From contig CAZIAP010000002.1 in the NCBI GenBank assembly GCA_964537315.1, positions 107,237 through 171,236 of the forward strand: a DNA stretch of 64,000 nucleotides, written 5' to 3'. Shown here one piece after another: positions 1-10,129 of this stretch. The notes under the pieces were generated by a model. It saw only the letters and a list, made by a program, of their open reading frames with translations, made no database searches and was not told the DNA's origin. The translations under genes were made by a program, and so were the position numbers. Positions within the stretch are counted from its first letter, which is position 1. Each line of letters opens with the position of its first letter. This DNA comes from an uncultured Gammaproteobacteria bacterium. Lineage in GTDB: Bacteria > Patescibacteriota > Microgenomatia > Levybacterales > GWA1-39-11.

Positions 1-360
1 GTGTATTACGCGTGGTTTGCGGCATGCGGATTGATTTTGCTTGCAGCTGCAGTACTTGGAAACTATTTCTCAATAATCTTTCTTTTGTTATTTACCTTCA
101 ACTACCGGATTATTAAACTTGTTTTTGAAGGTCGAGTACAAGATCAGATTCCTACCTCAGTGCGAGCTACTGTGTCATCAGTAAATGGTTTTGCGATGGA
201 GACAAGTGCGATAACTATGTTTTTTCTATTTGGATTGATAGTGGGAGAAGGAGAATATCAAACAGGATTCTTCTTTGTAGCGTTCACTATGATTTTAATT
301 GGGTCGCTATATTTAGTACAACGTTTAGTTCGTACTAAAATAATTACATCAAGAGATTGA
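1..360 (+). CDS. MFS-type membrane transporter, C-terminal fragment (gene starts upstream of window)
   Basis: Several hydrophobic helices; 'QDQIPTSVRATVSSV' resembles the P-x3-RAT loop of MFS C-terminal halves. Confidence 0.65.
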   Translation: MYYAWFAACGLILLAAAVLGNYFSIIFLLLFTFNYRIIKLVFEGRVQDQIPTSVRATVSSVNGFAMETSAITMFFLFGLIVGEGEYQTGFFFVAFTMILIGSLYLVQRLVRTKIITSRD

Positions 361-398
361 CTGTGTATGATTGATAGCGTAAAATAAGTTCCACACCT

Positions 399-482
399 GG
401 AGAGTTGGCCGAGCGGTTTATGGCGCTAGTCTTGAAAACTAGTGGGAGCAATCCCTCACAGGTTCGAATCCTGTACTCTCCG
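399..482 (+). tRNA. tRNA-Ser (anticodon TGA)
   Basis: Acceptor stem GGAGAGT/ACTCTCC, anticodon stem CTAGT/ACTAG with TGA at 433-435, long variable arm, T-loop GGTTCGAATCC, discriminator G; full CCA not encoded (followed by CCT). Confidence 0.95.
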
Positions 483-551
483 CCTCATTTTGATTTCTTT
501 GCTTTCTCTTACACTTTTATCTCCCCCCTCTTACTATAAGCCGCTATATTA

Positions 552-1640
552 ATGCGAAACATGAAAATCGCGCAGATCGCACCTTTAAGCGAGCGGGTGC
601 CCCCTCCTAAGTACGGAGGCACAGAGAGAGTTGTTTACGAACTCACAGAAGGATTAGTAAAAAGAGGACACGACGTTACTTTGTTTGCAAGCGGTAACTC
701 CAAGACTTCTGCTCAATTATACTCCTTACTCCCTAAGTCAATTAGAGAACTTAACCTAAAAAATCCCTATGGACTAAATGAATGGAATATCCTTAATGTA
801 GGCGTAGCATATGCGCACCAGAGTGAATTTGATATTATTCACGATCATAATTACGTGATTAGTATGCCAACTGCTAATCTTTCACGAACTTCGGTTATCC
901 ATACTGTACACGGATGTTTTCATGAAGATAATATCCCGTTGTACTCCATTTTAAATCGGGTTAATCTGGTAACGATTTCCAAAAAACAAGAAGAAATGGG
1001 TAAAGGATTGAATATTATTGGCACGGTGTATAACGGTTTGTCGATGGACCATTATCCGTTTAGCCGAGAACATGATGGGTATCTGCTGGTGATTGCTCGT
1101 ATCTCAGAGGAAAAAGGAATTCACTACGCAATTGATGTGGCTGAGGCACTAGATCTTCCATTAATAATAGGTGGAAGGATTAGTACGAATGAGTATAAGT
1201 ATTTTACCGAGCAGATAAAACCTCGTCTTTCAGGAAAAATAAAGTGGGTAGGAGAAGTAAATGAAAAAGACAGAAATGTTCTTATGAGTAAGGCGATGTG
1301 TATGCTTCATCCGGTAACTTGGCCTGAGCCGTTTGGACTCACAATGATAGAGGCAATGGCGTGTGGTTGTCCTGTAGTTGCGTTAAACCAAGGATCTATA
1401 TCAGAAGTGATTGCTGACGGGAGAACAGGGTTTGTAGTAAATAGTGTGGAAGGAATGACATATGCAGTTAAACGTATACACGAGATAAGAAGGACAGCTT
1501 GTCGTGCTTATGCCTTAGATAAGTTTAACGCGCAGACTATGGTTGACTCATATGAAAGGATATATCAAAATATCCTTCTTTCTCCTTCTTCATTCAAATC
1601 TTCACGTTCCTCTACTTCATCAAAAGTTCGCAAAATGTAA
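552..1640 (+). CDS. Glycosyltransferase family 4 (GT-B); start may be ATG 561
   Basis: MKIAQIAP...PPxxYGGTERVV, GHDVTLFASG, EPFGLTMIEAMACG (EX7E) motifs. Confidence 0.9.
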   Translation: MRNMKIAQIAPLSERVPPPKYGGTERVVYELTEGLVKRGHDVTLFASGNSKTSAQLYSLLPKSIRELNLKNPYGLNEWNILNVGVAYAHQSEFDIIHDHNYVISMPTANLSRTSVIHTVHGCFHEDNIPLYSILNRVNLVTISKKQEEMGKGLNIIGTVYNGLSMDHYPFSREHDGYLLVIARISEEKGIHYAIDVAEALDLPLIIGGRISTNEYKYFTEQIKPRLSGKIKWVGEVNEKDRNVLMSKAMCMLHPVTWPEPFGLTMIEAMACGCPVVALNQGSISEVIADGRTGFVVNSVEGMTYAVKRIHEIRRTACRAYALDKFNAQTMVDSYERIYQNILLSPSSFKSSRSSTSSKVRKM

Positions 1641-1694
1641 TAAAAAAGAATGCTCGCTTGCCTACTTTTAAAAAAAGTTGGTATAGTAGTTCTC

Positions 1695-3002
1695 ATGCCT
1701 GAGAATTTATTAGAAAATCACATTGAGTTACTTCGTGGTCATTTGCGTGATCTATCGACAGAAATTGGTATAAATGCTTCTGGACGTGATGAAGTGTACG
1801 GTTGTCTTTTTGGTCGTGATAGCGCTCTGACAATTTTACAGATTTTACAGTCTGTAGACAGAGATTCCGTCTCGTCGGATCAAGATGCTCTTGAATTACT
1901 TAGTATCTGTGAGAAGACGCTACTTACCCTTGTTGATTTACAAGGGCAGACCATTAATTTGGAAAGCGGTGAAGAACCTGGCAAGTTTATACATGAGTAT
2001 CGTACTGAGAAATATGAAAGACTCCTTACCCTACCTAAACCCTGGTATGTATATCCTGATGGTGTTTTAAGAAACTATGACTCTGTTGATTCCACTCCAT
2101 TGGTATTATTAGCAATGTTTCGGTATTATCAAGTCACGAAAAATGATCAATTTTTGCTAAAAGTATTGCCTGCGGTAGAGAAAGGATTAAACTGGATAGT
2201 AACTTACGGTGATCGTGACAAAGATAAACTGTTGGAATATGAACTTCCAGTAACGCGAAAAAGCGGAGGTTTACAAGTTCAGTCATGGACAGATTCAATT
2301 GAGTCTATACTACAGACAGATGGTACTATGCCTCCTTATCCCATCGCTCCTGTGGAAGTACAAGGTTATGCTTGGCTTGCACTACAGACCTGGGGTCGTT
2401 GGTATTCTGAACAATCTTCGCCTGCGCATCATCAGTTCGGACAGCAACTGTTCGCTGACGCGTACCAGCTAAAAGAAAAATTTAATAAAACATTTTTAAT
2501 GGAAGATCAAATTGGACTTTTTCCAGTACAAGCGCTTGATGGGAATAAAAATAAAATAAAAACACTTACAGGAAACTCATTGCTATTGTTGTGGGCGACA
2601 GATATGGTTACAGGAGAATGTATTTTAGAGACAGAACACATTGAACCTTTAGTAAATCGCTCCTTTATGCCTGATTTGTTTGATCCAAGTGCCGGAATAA
2701 GAACTATGAGTATGCTTTCTCCTACCTATAATCCTGGAAGGGACTCATATCACAATGGAAGCTTTTGGCCGGTGCTAAACGGTTTGATATATGAAGGACT
2801 TAGAGTTCAAGGTTTTGATAAAATGGCCAAGTCGCTTAAAGATGCTTCGCTTAAGCCTTATCATTTTTTCCAGCTTCCTATAGAGTTATATGTAAAAGAA
2901 GATGACGGAACATACGCAGAGTTTTGCGGTTCTAACGGACAGAGAAGTTGTAAAGTTCAAGCCTGGTCTGCGGCCGCATTTCTTCACATGCTTACCTCAT
3001 AA
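1695..3002 (+). CDS. Amylo-alpha-1,6-glucosidase / glycogen debranching-like glycoside hydrolase
   Basis: LFGRDS, GEEPGK.IHE, DSTPL, EVQGY, SYHNGSFWP, QAWSAA motifs; start at 1695 placed after a -10-like box (ORF track starts 1650). Confidence 0.8.
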   Translation: MPENLLENHIELLRGHLRDLSTEIGINASGRDEVYGCLFGRDSALTILQILQSVDRDSVSSDQDALELLSICEKTLLTLVDLQGQTINLESGEEPGKFIHEYRTEKYERLLTLPKPWYVYPDGVLRNYDSVDSTPLVLLAMFRYYQVTKNDQFLLKVLPAVEKGLNWIVTYGDRDKDKLLEYELPVTRKSGGLQVQSWTDSIESILQTDGTMPPYPIAPVEVQGYAWLALQTWGRWYSEQSSPAHHQFGQQLFADAYQLKEKFNKTFLMEDQIGLFPVQALDGNKNKIKTLTGNSLLLLWATDMVTGECILETEHIEPLVNRSFMPDLFDPSAGIRTMSMLSPTYNPGRDSYHNGSFWPVLNGLIYEGLRVQGFDKMAKSLKDASLKPYHFFQLPIELYVKEDDGTYAEFCGSNGQRSCKVQAWSAAAFLHMLTS

Positions 3003-3776
3003 AGACTCATCTGGGGTAATTAAATTATTCTCATACAAATGCATAATCTCTGCCATTGTCGAAGCGCCATCGTGGGTAAATTCGTTAATATTTATTATGG
3101 AACCTCGATCTAAGTAATTTTCGTATTTAGAGCTCTTTGTTACAGATATATCAGAAGGTTCGGGTTTTACACTAATCATAAATTTACTACTATCTAGATG
3201 TATTTTTCCCTCAATCGGCGTGTATAAAACAGGTTCAAGTTCATCTGAATAAAGTAATTCTTCTAGTTTAATATTCAATGAGCGATTAGAAGGTGAGTTG
3301 GTTTTGTTATATGCAATTGTTGCTCTTCCTTTATATGTTTTGAATACTTTTCTAATTAACTCGTCTCCATTGTTTAAAGGGATTGGTTTAATGTTTTCCT
3401 TTTCTAGATGTTTAACAGTATTTTGAGCTGCATTAGATAAAAGCTCAGACATAGTCACAACATCATTTTCTTGTGTGAGATCAAACTCCGGCATAAAAAT
3501 GAATGGCTGAGGCGTTAATAAATATTCTTTATCTTTTACTAAGATGGACTCGAAGTTATCTGGTCTAGTTAGATTATCATTGTTAACTCTCCATTTAATA
3601 AACTCAAGTCTGTTAAGTTCTCCCGAGTCGAACATTTCTACGTACGGATACCGTTGTCTGACATCAATTAGTTGTTTAATCTGATCAGGTTTTATGCCTT
3701 GAAGCTTTAAAGTCTCTTCTGTTTGATATTTGGGTTTAGGTAGTATTTTTCGAAGTTGAGGGACGCGTTCTATCAT
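2997..3776 (-). CDS. Hypothetical protein
   Basis: 259-aa ORF filling the gap, extended -10 (TGCTATAAT) upstream; no recognised family. Confidence 0.6.
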   Translation of the reverse strand: MIERVPQLRKILPKPKYQTEETLKLQGIKPDQIKQLIDVRQRYPYVEMFDSGELNRLEFIKWRVNNDNLTRPDNFESILVKDKEYLLTPQPFIFMPEFDLTQENDVVTMSELLSNAAQNTVKHLEKENIKPIPLNNGDELIRKVFKTYKGRATIAYNKTNSPSNRSLNIKLEELLYSDELEPVLYTPIEGKIHLDSSKFMISVKPEPSDISVTKSSKYENYLDRGSIININEFTHDGASTMAEIMHLYENNLITPDESL

Positions 3777-3851
3777 TTTTTTAAAATTATAGCATGCTTA
3801 TAACCTATGGAACGAGTTTTTTTAATCAATAGGTTTTGCTACACTAGTTAT

Positions 3852-4724
3852 ATGTCACAAAATGGTGTAGTTACTGTTGTGAAAAAAAATGGCGAACGTG
3901 AACCGTTTTCAGAAGAAAAAGTCATAAGATCGATGAAAAGGATTGGTCTTGACGATAGGCTACAGGAACAGGTATTAGAAGATCTTAAACCTAAACTTCA
4001 CGAGGATATTGAGACTGTAGAGATATATTCTCACATAAAAGATTATCTTGATAAAAACGATAGAAAAGCGTCAATCCGATTTAACCTTAAACAAGCAATA
4101 TTTGACCTTGGTCCGACAGGTTTTCCGTTTGAGAGGTACATGCAGAGGATCTTTGAGGGTTTGGGATATCAGACAAAAGTTGGTGAGATAGTTCAAGGCG
4201 CGTGTGTGACGCATGAAATTGATCTACAGATTGAAAAAGAGGGTAAGAGAGAGATTATTGAAGCAAAATTTCATAATCAACAAGGGGTAAAAACAGATGT
4301 GCAAGTGTTGCTATATACATACGCCAGATTCTTGGATGTCAAGGAAGTAAGCCCCGTTGAGCGAGTTTGGATAGTAACAAACACTAAGCTTACCGTAGAT
4401 GCAAGTAAATATGCAAAGTGCAAAGGGGTTAATGTAATCGGTTGGAATTATCCTGAAACAAACAATTTGCAGGATTATGTAGAACAGCCTGAGATGTACC
4501 CAATTACTATTCTCAAAACTTTGTCAAAACAGGAAAAGGAAAGTTTGCTTGCTGGAAATATTATTCTTTGTAGGGACCTGCTAAATACTTCAGACCACGA
4601 ATTGCAGGATAAGTACTTTCTTGACAGGGATACCATCTTTAAGGCTAGAGAAGAGGCTCAGATGATTAGTGAAGAAAAGAATGCATCGGATACAAGCTCA
4701 AACGACTCTACTCCTGTTTCTTAG
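3852..4724 (+). CDS. ATP-cone domain fused to Mrr-like PD-(D/E)XK restriction endonuclease domain
   Basis: N-terminal 'VVKKNGEREPFSEEKV' ATP-cone signature; 'GFPFE...HEID...IIEAKFH' nuclease motif; start at 3852 after TGCTACACT. Confidence 0.8.
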   Translation: MSQNGVVTVVKKNGEREPFSEEKVIRSMKRIGLDDRLQEQVLEDLKPKLHEDIETVEIYSHIKDYLDKNDRKASIRFNLKQAIFDLGPTGFPFERYMQRIFEGLGYQTKVGEIVQGACVTHEIDLQIEKEGKREIIEAKFHNQQGVKTDVQVLLYTYARFLDVKEVSPVERVWIVTNTKLTVDASKYAKCKGVNVIGWNYPETNNLQDYVEQPEMYPITILKTLSKQEKESLLAGNIILCRDLLNTSDHELQDKYFLDRDTIFKAREEAQMISEEKNASDTSSNDSTPVS

Positions 4725-5226
4725 TGAATAACCAAATAACGCTTGCGATACTTTCAAATGCAATCTGGTCATAGGGGATTTTGTTAAAAGCAAAAAATTT
4801 ATAATCTTCTACATCGTCATTCGCCTTTAGATTAGTATCAGATATTTCTCCGGTAAAGAAAGCATTTAAAGTAGGATAAGGCACTTCTTGATAGGTATAA
4901 TTGTCTGCTCCTGAGGAAAAATAGGTGAGGTTTTGAGCAGTAATATTAAGCTCTTCGGAAAGCTCTCTTTGTGTTCCCTCTTCAAGCGTTTCACCTACTT
5001 CAATAAAACCACCGGGAATATCCCAGAGACCTTTTTGAGGTTCAATTTTTCGTTTTACCAGCAGTAAGTGGTTTTGAGAGTTAGTAAGAAGCGCACCGAT
5101 ACATATTTTAGGATTAATGTAGAAGCGATGCTTCTGTCCACAAATAAGAACACTTTTTTCTTGAGTTTTAAATTGGTCACCACAAAGATTGCAGTATTTA
5201 ATAGTTGCTATATATTTACTACTCAT
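4708..5226 (-). CDS. NUDIX hydrolase with N-terminal zinc-ribbon
   Basis: YCNLCG...ICG...NPK; NUDIX box GGFIEVGETLEEGTQRELSEE; start at 5226 avoids overlap with the divergent gene. Confidence 0.88.
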   Translation of the reverse strand: MSSKYIATIKYCNLCGDQFKTQEKSVLICGQKHRFYINPKICIGALLTNSQNHLLLVKRKIEPQKGLWDIPGGFIEVGETLEEGTQRELSEELNITAQNLTYFSSGADNYTYQEVPYPTLNAFFTGEISDTNLKANDDVEDYKFFAFNKIPYDQIAFESIASVIWLFTKKQE

Positions 5227-5240
5227 AGTACAGTAATACA

Positions 5241-5798
5241 ATGATTGTTGTATATTTTTCACTTGGACTTGTTGTATTACTTCTGGTAATTTTATCATTT
5301 ATTTGGCCTCCTGACAGCCCTTGGTCGCCAAAATGGAGAACAAATCGTGATACTGCTCGTCGTGCTTTAAAGCTTGCGAATGTGACAAAAAAAGATACTG
5401 TATATGAACTTGGGTGTGGAGATGGAGAAGTAGTGTTAATTGCTGCAAAAGACTTTGGAGCACGGGCCACGGGTATTGAGATCGACCCGTTGCGTGCCCT
5501 TATCTCAATCGTTCGAGTAAGGTTAAATAGACTTTCTTCACAAGTTAATATAGTCAGCAATGACTTTAAGCAAATTAACTTAGCAGATGCCACAGTTATT
5601 TATATGTACTTGGTTCCGGCAGGAATGCAGAGATTAATTCCAAAGTTTAAAAAGGAGCTTGCAAATGGGGTGAGGATTATTAGCTATAGATACCAGCTAC
5701 CGTTAGAGAAAAATGAAAAAAACATTCGCTTTGTAAAAGAAGACAAAGAGAAAAAAATTTTTCTGTACAGATTTATTCAAAACAGCGGAAAAAATTAA
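5241..5798 (+). CDS. SAM-dependent methyltransferase with N-terminal TM helix
   Basis: VYELGCGDG motif I, GIEIDP, ATVIYMYL. Confidence 0.85.
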   Translation: MIVVYFSLGLVVLLLVILSFIWPPDSPWSPKWRTNRDTARRALKLANVTKKDTVYELGCGDGEVVLIAAKDFGARATGIEIDPLRALISIVRVRLNRLSSQVNIVSNDFKQINLADATVIYMYLVPAGMQRLIPKFKKELANGVRIISYRYQLPLEKNEKNIRFVKEDKEKKIFLYRFIQNSGKN

Positions 5799-7152
5799 GC
5801 CTATTTGCGACTCCTTCTGCATAAATCGGATGACTATATGCTAGAGTACAGCGCTCTTGTATAATCTCTCTTACGACTATTTCATCTAATACTGTATCTT
5901 CAATTTTGTACTGAGGGAAGGAAACTCCATGAACAACTACCAGTGCTTTTTTAGCGATCGCTTGGTTTGTCATTTCCTCTGCACTCAGTATTCCTTTCCT
6001 AAAAATATTGGCATTGGTGTCTATTGTATCGTTGAGTAACGGAGTATCTGAGAGAAAGGCAAGGGCTGGAGCAATATCGTTGCTTCCGTAAATATAATTA
6101 GCATGCTGAGATCGGACTTGCCGTACAAGTAATTCTTTCTGTTGTAAAGTCTGTAGTGATCGAAAGCTAGATATATATATCCAAAGATTAATTATGATGA
6201 TAACTCCAATAAGAGATGGTATTACCATTTTTTGTAGTGAGAGTTTTTTTTCTATAGCGGAAAAATATATGGGTAAGGAAACTACAAGAAAGGGAACAGT
6301 AAAGTTTAAATAAAGATAATAAATATCTTGGTATAAGATGATAAATATGAGTGAAAAAGCGGAAAACAGAGAGAATAATAAATACTTTCTAAATAGAAGC
6401 AGATTAGTAATTAACAAGGCAAAAAGTATTAGATCACGAAATATAAAAAACTGAAAAACCTCAAATTTACTTGTACCTGCACCCCTGGTAAGTGAATAAA
6501 GAAAAACATTATCAATCAATCCTTCTCGCGCAAAGATCAAAAAAGGACTGAGTATTAGTATAGATGCTGTAATACCTCCAACAATAAACTTGTATAAGTG
6601 CTTTTTTTGTTTAAGAAGCAAAAAGCAACCATAAGTGAGTGCAATAGGTAGAAAATAAGCTTTGGTGAGAATGGCAACTGCGGTAAAAATACCGGTTAAA
6701 AAGTATTTATTACGCTGGAAAAAAAAGTATGATAATACGGTGAATAATGAGGCAGAAAATACTCCTGATTGATGATCTGAAGTTGCAAGAACGATAAATG
6801 AGAAGAGATATATCACTTGACTGCTCAAAGCATACAATCTTCGTTTCCACTGTTTATAAACTACTGCATAGATAAAAACTGAGGTGAGTGCAATTTCAAG
6901 TACTGCCGAAAAATAATAAAAATTAAGATTATTGCTAGATACAAGCAAGTAGAGGGATGAAAGATAAGGGAATACAGGAAAGTTCGTAAAGAAGATATCA
7001 TTGTATAAGATTTGTCCTTCTAGAAGCTTATATGCAGTATAAAAATAAACATTAGTGTCAGATAGACGAAGTGTGGTGCTGGTAAGTTTTAAAATGATAA
7101 ACGGGAGTGGGATCAGAAGACTTATCCAATTATAACGAAGGAACTGACTCAT
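5773..7152 (-). CDS. Polytopic GT-C (ArnT/PMT-like) glycosyltransferase
   Basis: About 10 TM helices; 'SD...YFY.A..L.EGQ.LY.D.F...P' first-loop motif; 'AILTK'. Confidence 0.65.
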   Translation of the reverse strand: MSQFLRYNWISLLIPLPFIILKLTSTTLRLSDTNVYFYTAYKLLEGQILYNDIFFTNFPVFPYLSSLYLLVSSNNLNFYYFSAVLEIALTSVFIYAVVYKQWKRRLYALSSQVIYLFSFIVLATSDHQSGVFSASLFTVLSYFFFQRNKYFLTGIFTAVAILTKAYFLPIALTYGCFLLLKQKKHLYKFIVGGITASILILSPFLIFAREGLIDNVFLYSLTRGAGTSKFEVFQFFIFRDLILFALLITNLLLFRKYLLFSLFSAFSLIFIILYQDIYYLYLNFTVPFLVVSLPIYFSAIEKKLSLQKMVIPSLIGVIIIINLWIYISSFRSLQTLQQKELLVRQVRSQHANYIYGSNDIAPALAFLSDTPLLNDTIDTNANIFRKGILSAEEMTNQAIAKKALVVVHGVSFPQYKIEDTVLDEIVVREIIQERCTLAYSHPIYAEGVANRLNFFRCFE

Positions 7153-8177
7153 GGTTGAAAATATTTTTTAAGTCGAAGTAGAGACCATCGGACAACATCT
7201 GCTCCTTGATAGATTTTATATAATGCAGGGTTCAGTACAAAATCATAGCTTCCCACATACTCTGTGAGTTTAGCTCCGTAGTTATGTTTAAATCGATGAA
7301 AACCATACCAGGGGTCTGATGGATTGGGGTCAGGTCCCAGTGCTCCCCACATGTCGAATTTTGCAAACCCGTATTTTTTTCCAAAACGGATTGCTTCCCA
7401 CATGATTAGATTTGAAGCCATTTTATCCCTATGCGTAGACGAAGATGCCCCATACGGATAATAGAGTGTGTCTTTAAAAGCAAAGAGAATCCATGCTGCA
7501 AGTGTTTCTTTATTATATTTTGCAGTTAACAAATGAGAACTTAAGGTGTCAGTACTTACTTTATGCGGAAGTGTTTCCCATTGAAGATTGTGATATCGAT
7601 GAGTGTGGGCATAGAACTTCTGACGATTTGTAGTCTCATCAGTAAGTGAGAGATAAGTCTTAAATGCCTCGTCTGTACTCTCTTCTGCTACTTCTACACC
7701 TTTGCGTTGCGCAACTCGAATATTATAACGGGTTTTGTGGTGCATAGCAGATAGCAAATCTTCTTCACTCTTTGATATATCAAGAATAAAAGTGTACTTG
7801 GTAAATAAAGGATGGTGGGAAGGACGAAGTCCTAGTTTTGAACTGAGAGTTGTAAACTTCGTGTCTTGTACTATGTTAGGTTCGAACTGGATAAAAATAC
7901 ATTTATTTTCTTTTCCGATCTGTTCAAGGGCTTTTAACATCTCTTTTGTTGGGGATTGTCCTTTTGGCAGATATCCAATGGTAAAAGGAGTTTTCGGTAC
8001 GGGGTGAAGCGTCAGCGTAAATGCTTGTGTCAGCTTGCCACTTTCTTCAATTCCTTGTCGTATGACTTTAACTCCTGTTTTTTCTCGAAACTCTCCCCAC
8101 TCATACGACTGAAGAGGATGAGTAACTAGCTTATTGTAATCTTCACGTTGTTTTTCAGTTATATTTAGTGTTTTCAT
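7149..8177 (-). CDS. FemABX-family lipid II aminoacyl transferase
   Basis: HPLQSYEWGEFR, KTRYNIRVAQRKGV, YYPYGAS, FDMWG, GFHRFK motifs. Confidence 0.88.
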   Translation of the reverse strand: MKTLNITEKQREDYNKLVTHPLQSYEWGEFREKTGVKVIRQGIEESGKLTQAFTLTLHPVPKTPFTIGYLPKGQSPTKEMLKALEQIGKENKCIFIQFEPNIVQDTKFTTLSSKLGLRPSHHPLFTKYTFILDISKSEEDLLSAMHHKTRYNIRVAQRKGVEVAEESTDEAFKTYLSLTDETTNRQKFYAHTHRYHNLQWETLPHKVSTDTLSSHLLTAKYNKETLAAWILFAFKDTLYYPYGASSSTHRDKMASNLIMWEAIRFGKKYGFAKFDMWGALGPDPNPSDPWYGFHRFKHNYGAKLTEYVGSYDFVLNPALYKIYQGADVVRWSLLRLKKYFQP

Positions 8178-10034
8178 TTAAAAAAAATCAGGATCATTGT
8201 TTAAGGTTTGTTTTAAATTTTTCTCTAAAACCTTCGTTGGAAGTTCCATAATGAATCTGGAAACGGTGGGTGTGATTCTTTGTCCAAAAAACAATCTTCT
8301 CTTTGCAAAAGTAAGAGTAAGTTTTGTTTTTGCTCGCGTTATTCCGACGTAACAAAGACGACGTTCTTCTTCCAGCTCTGACGTGTCATATAGTGCTTGA
8401 CTATGAGGAAAAATTCCCTCTTCCATACCGACAATAAATACCATTGCAAACTCAAGTCCTTTGGCTGCGTGCAAAGTCATCAAGGTAATTGCATTTGGTC
8501 TGATTGCACCTTTCATGGATTTATCAGACGCATATTCCTGCTCTACTAAAGCAACATTTTGCAAGAATTCGACTAAGTTTGGAAATTCCAGAGCCACAGA
8601 ACGAAGCTCTCTGATATTTTCCAGGCGAGCTTCATCTTCAGGATCGTGAGGATCGTACATTTCTAAGTACTGAGTTTTTCTTAACACCTCATCAAGAATC
8701 TCAATGGTCGACTTTGTTTCTCGGTATCCTCCTTCATCAAATTCTACAAGGTATTCCAAGAAATAAGATAATCTTTTTTTCCCAAGTTTAGTTATTCTAT
8801 TAAGCGCGACGGCATCTTTTTGTGTGCATAAGTAAGATAGATAAGAGAGCACATCTTTTATTTCTTTTCTCTCATAAAACCGTAATCCTCCTATAAGTAC
8901 ATACGGAATGCCGTGGTGAAGCAATACTTCCTCGATCGTACGTGATTGTGCATTCATACGATATAGAATAGCAACGTCTGCGTAAGTTAAGGATGGATGA
9001 TGATCCATCTCGTTGTGAATAAGTTTAATAATTTGTTCTACTTCCTGGTGCTCGTTTTCTGTCTGTACAATTTTCAGATCGTCTCCACTGGGATTTTCAG
9101 TCCATAGATTAAGAACGGGATGGGAGGTATTATTTGAAATCACACTATACGCAGCATCCAGTATGTTTTGAGTAGAACGATAGTTTTGTGATAACGGAAA
9201 TACTTTGCTTTTCGGAAAGTCTTGCTGAAATTTTTTAAGATTTCGAAAATCAGCACCACGAAAACTATAAATACTTTGAGAGAAATCTCCTACAATACAG
9301 ACATTATGGTACTTTCCAGAAAGCAGCAAGGTGAGCTCGTATTGAGCATGATTCGTATCTTGATACTCATCGATCAGAATATATCTGAATTGATTTTGAT
9401 ATTTTTCAAGTATCTCGGGCTGTGTTCTGAAAAGCCTGATTGTCTCAAGCATAAGGTCGTCAAAATCTAAGGCCTCTCTATCTTTCATTAGTTGTTGATA
9501 TATAGGATATATTTTTGCTACGTTTTCCTGAAATCTTCCCCTGGCAAACGAGGCATAAGTTGCCGGATCAATTAACTGATTTTTATTCTGAGAAATTGCT
9601 GATAATACTGAGCGGGGCTTTGCATCTTTTATGGTTAAGGAAAGCATATTCATGGCGTCTTTTACTGTTTGTATCTGGTCTGCAGTATCGTAAATCAGAT
9701 AGTTTCGGGTGATACCTATAGCTTCACCATCGACCCTTAAGATCCGGGCGCAGAGCGAATGAAAAGTACCAACTGTCGGAGGTGAAGCCTGCAATCCGGA
9801 GGCATGTAGAGCGTGTAGAATCCTTTCCTTCATCTCACCAGCTGCTTTATTTGTGAACGTAACCATAAGAATATTATGAGGTGCAATGCCTTTTTCTTGT
9901 ATAAGATATAGAACTTTATGAACTAGAACCCTGGTTTTTCCGCTTCCTGCACCTGCAAGTACAATGGTGGGTCCTTCAGTTGCTAGAACTGCTTCTTTTT
10001 GTTCATCGTTTAATTTATTGAGAATTGTATTCAT
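8178..10034 (-). CDS. pcrA: UvrD/PcrA ATP-dependent DNA helicase
   Basis: AGAGSGKT, TFTNKAA, IDEYQDTN, QNYRST, TLHAAKGLEF, EERRLCYVGITRA. Confidence 0.95.
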   Translation of the reverse strand: MNTILNKLNDEQKEAVLATEGPTIVLAGAGSGKTRVLVHKVLYLIQEKGIAPHNILMVTFTNKAAGEMKERILHALHASGLQASPPTVGTFHSLCARILRVDGEAIGITRNYLIYDTADQIQTVKDAMNMLSLTIKDAKPRSVLSAISQNKNQLIDPATYASFARGRFQENVAKIYPIYQQLMKDREALDFDDLMLETIRLFRTQPEILEKYQNQFRYILIDEYQDTNHAQYELTLLLSGKYHNVCIVGDFSQSIYSFRGADFRNLKKFQQDFPKSKVFPLSQNYRSTQNILDAAYSVISNNTSHPVLNLWTENPSGDDLKIVQTENEHQEVEQIIKLIHNEMDHHPSLTYADVAILYRMNAQSRTIEEVLLHHGIPYVLIGGLRFYERKEIKDVLSYLSYLCTQKDAVALNRITKLGKKRLSYFLEYLVEFDEGGYRETKSTIEILDEVLRKTQYLEMYDPHDPEDEARLENIRELRSVALEFPNLVEFLQNVALVEQEYASDKSMKGAIRPNAITLMTLHAAKGLEFAMVFIVGMEEGIFPHSQALYDTSELEEERRLCYVGITRAKTKLTLTFAKRRLFFGQRITPTVSRFIMELPTKVLEKNLKQTLNNDPDFF

Positions 10035-10129
10035 AAGTTGTTATAATATTTCGAGGAGAGTATCACTTATTATATTGGTACACGCGCCTAGATACAACCG
10101 TTTAGAAGACAGAACACTTTCCCAAACCT

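Noticed and set aside
399-3776. tRNA-Ser as the integration site of an island
   Set aside because: No integrase, and I saw no duplicated tRNA 3' end in the window
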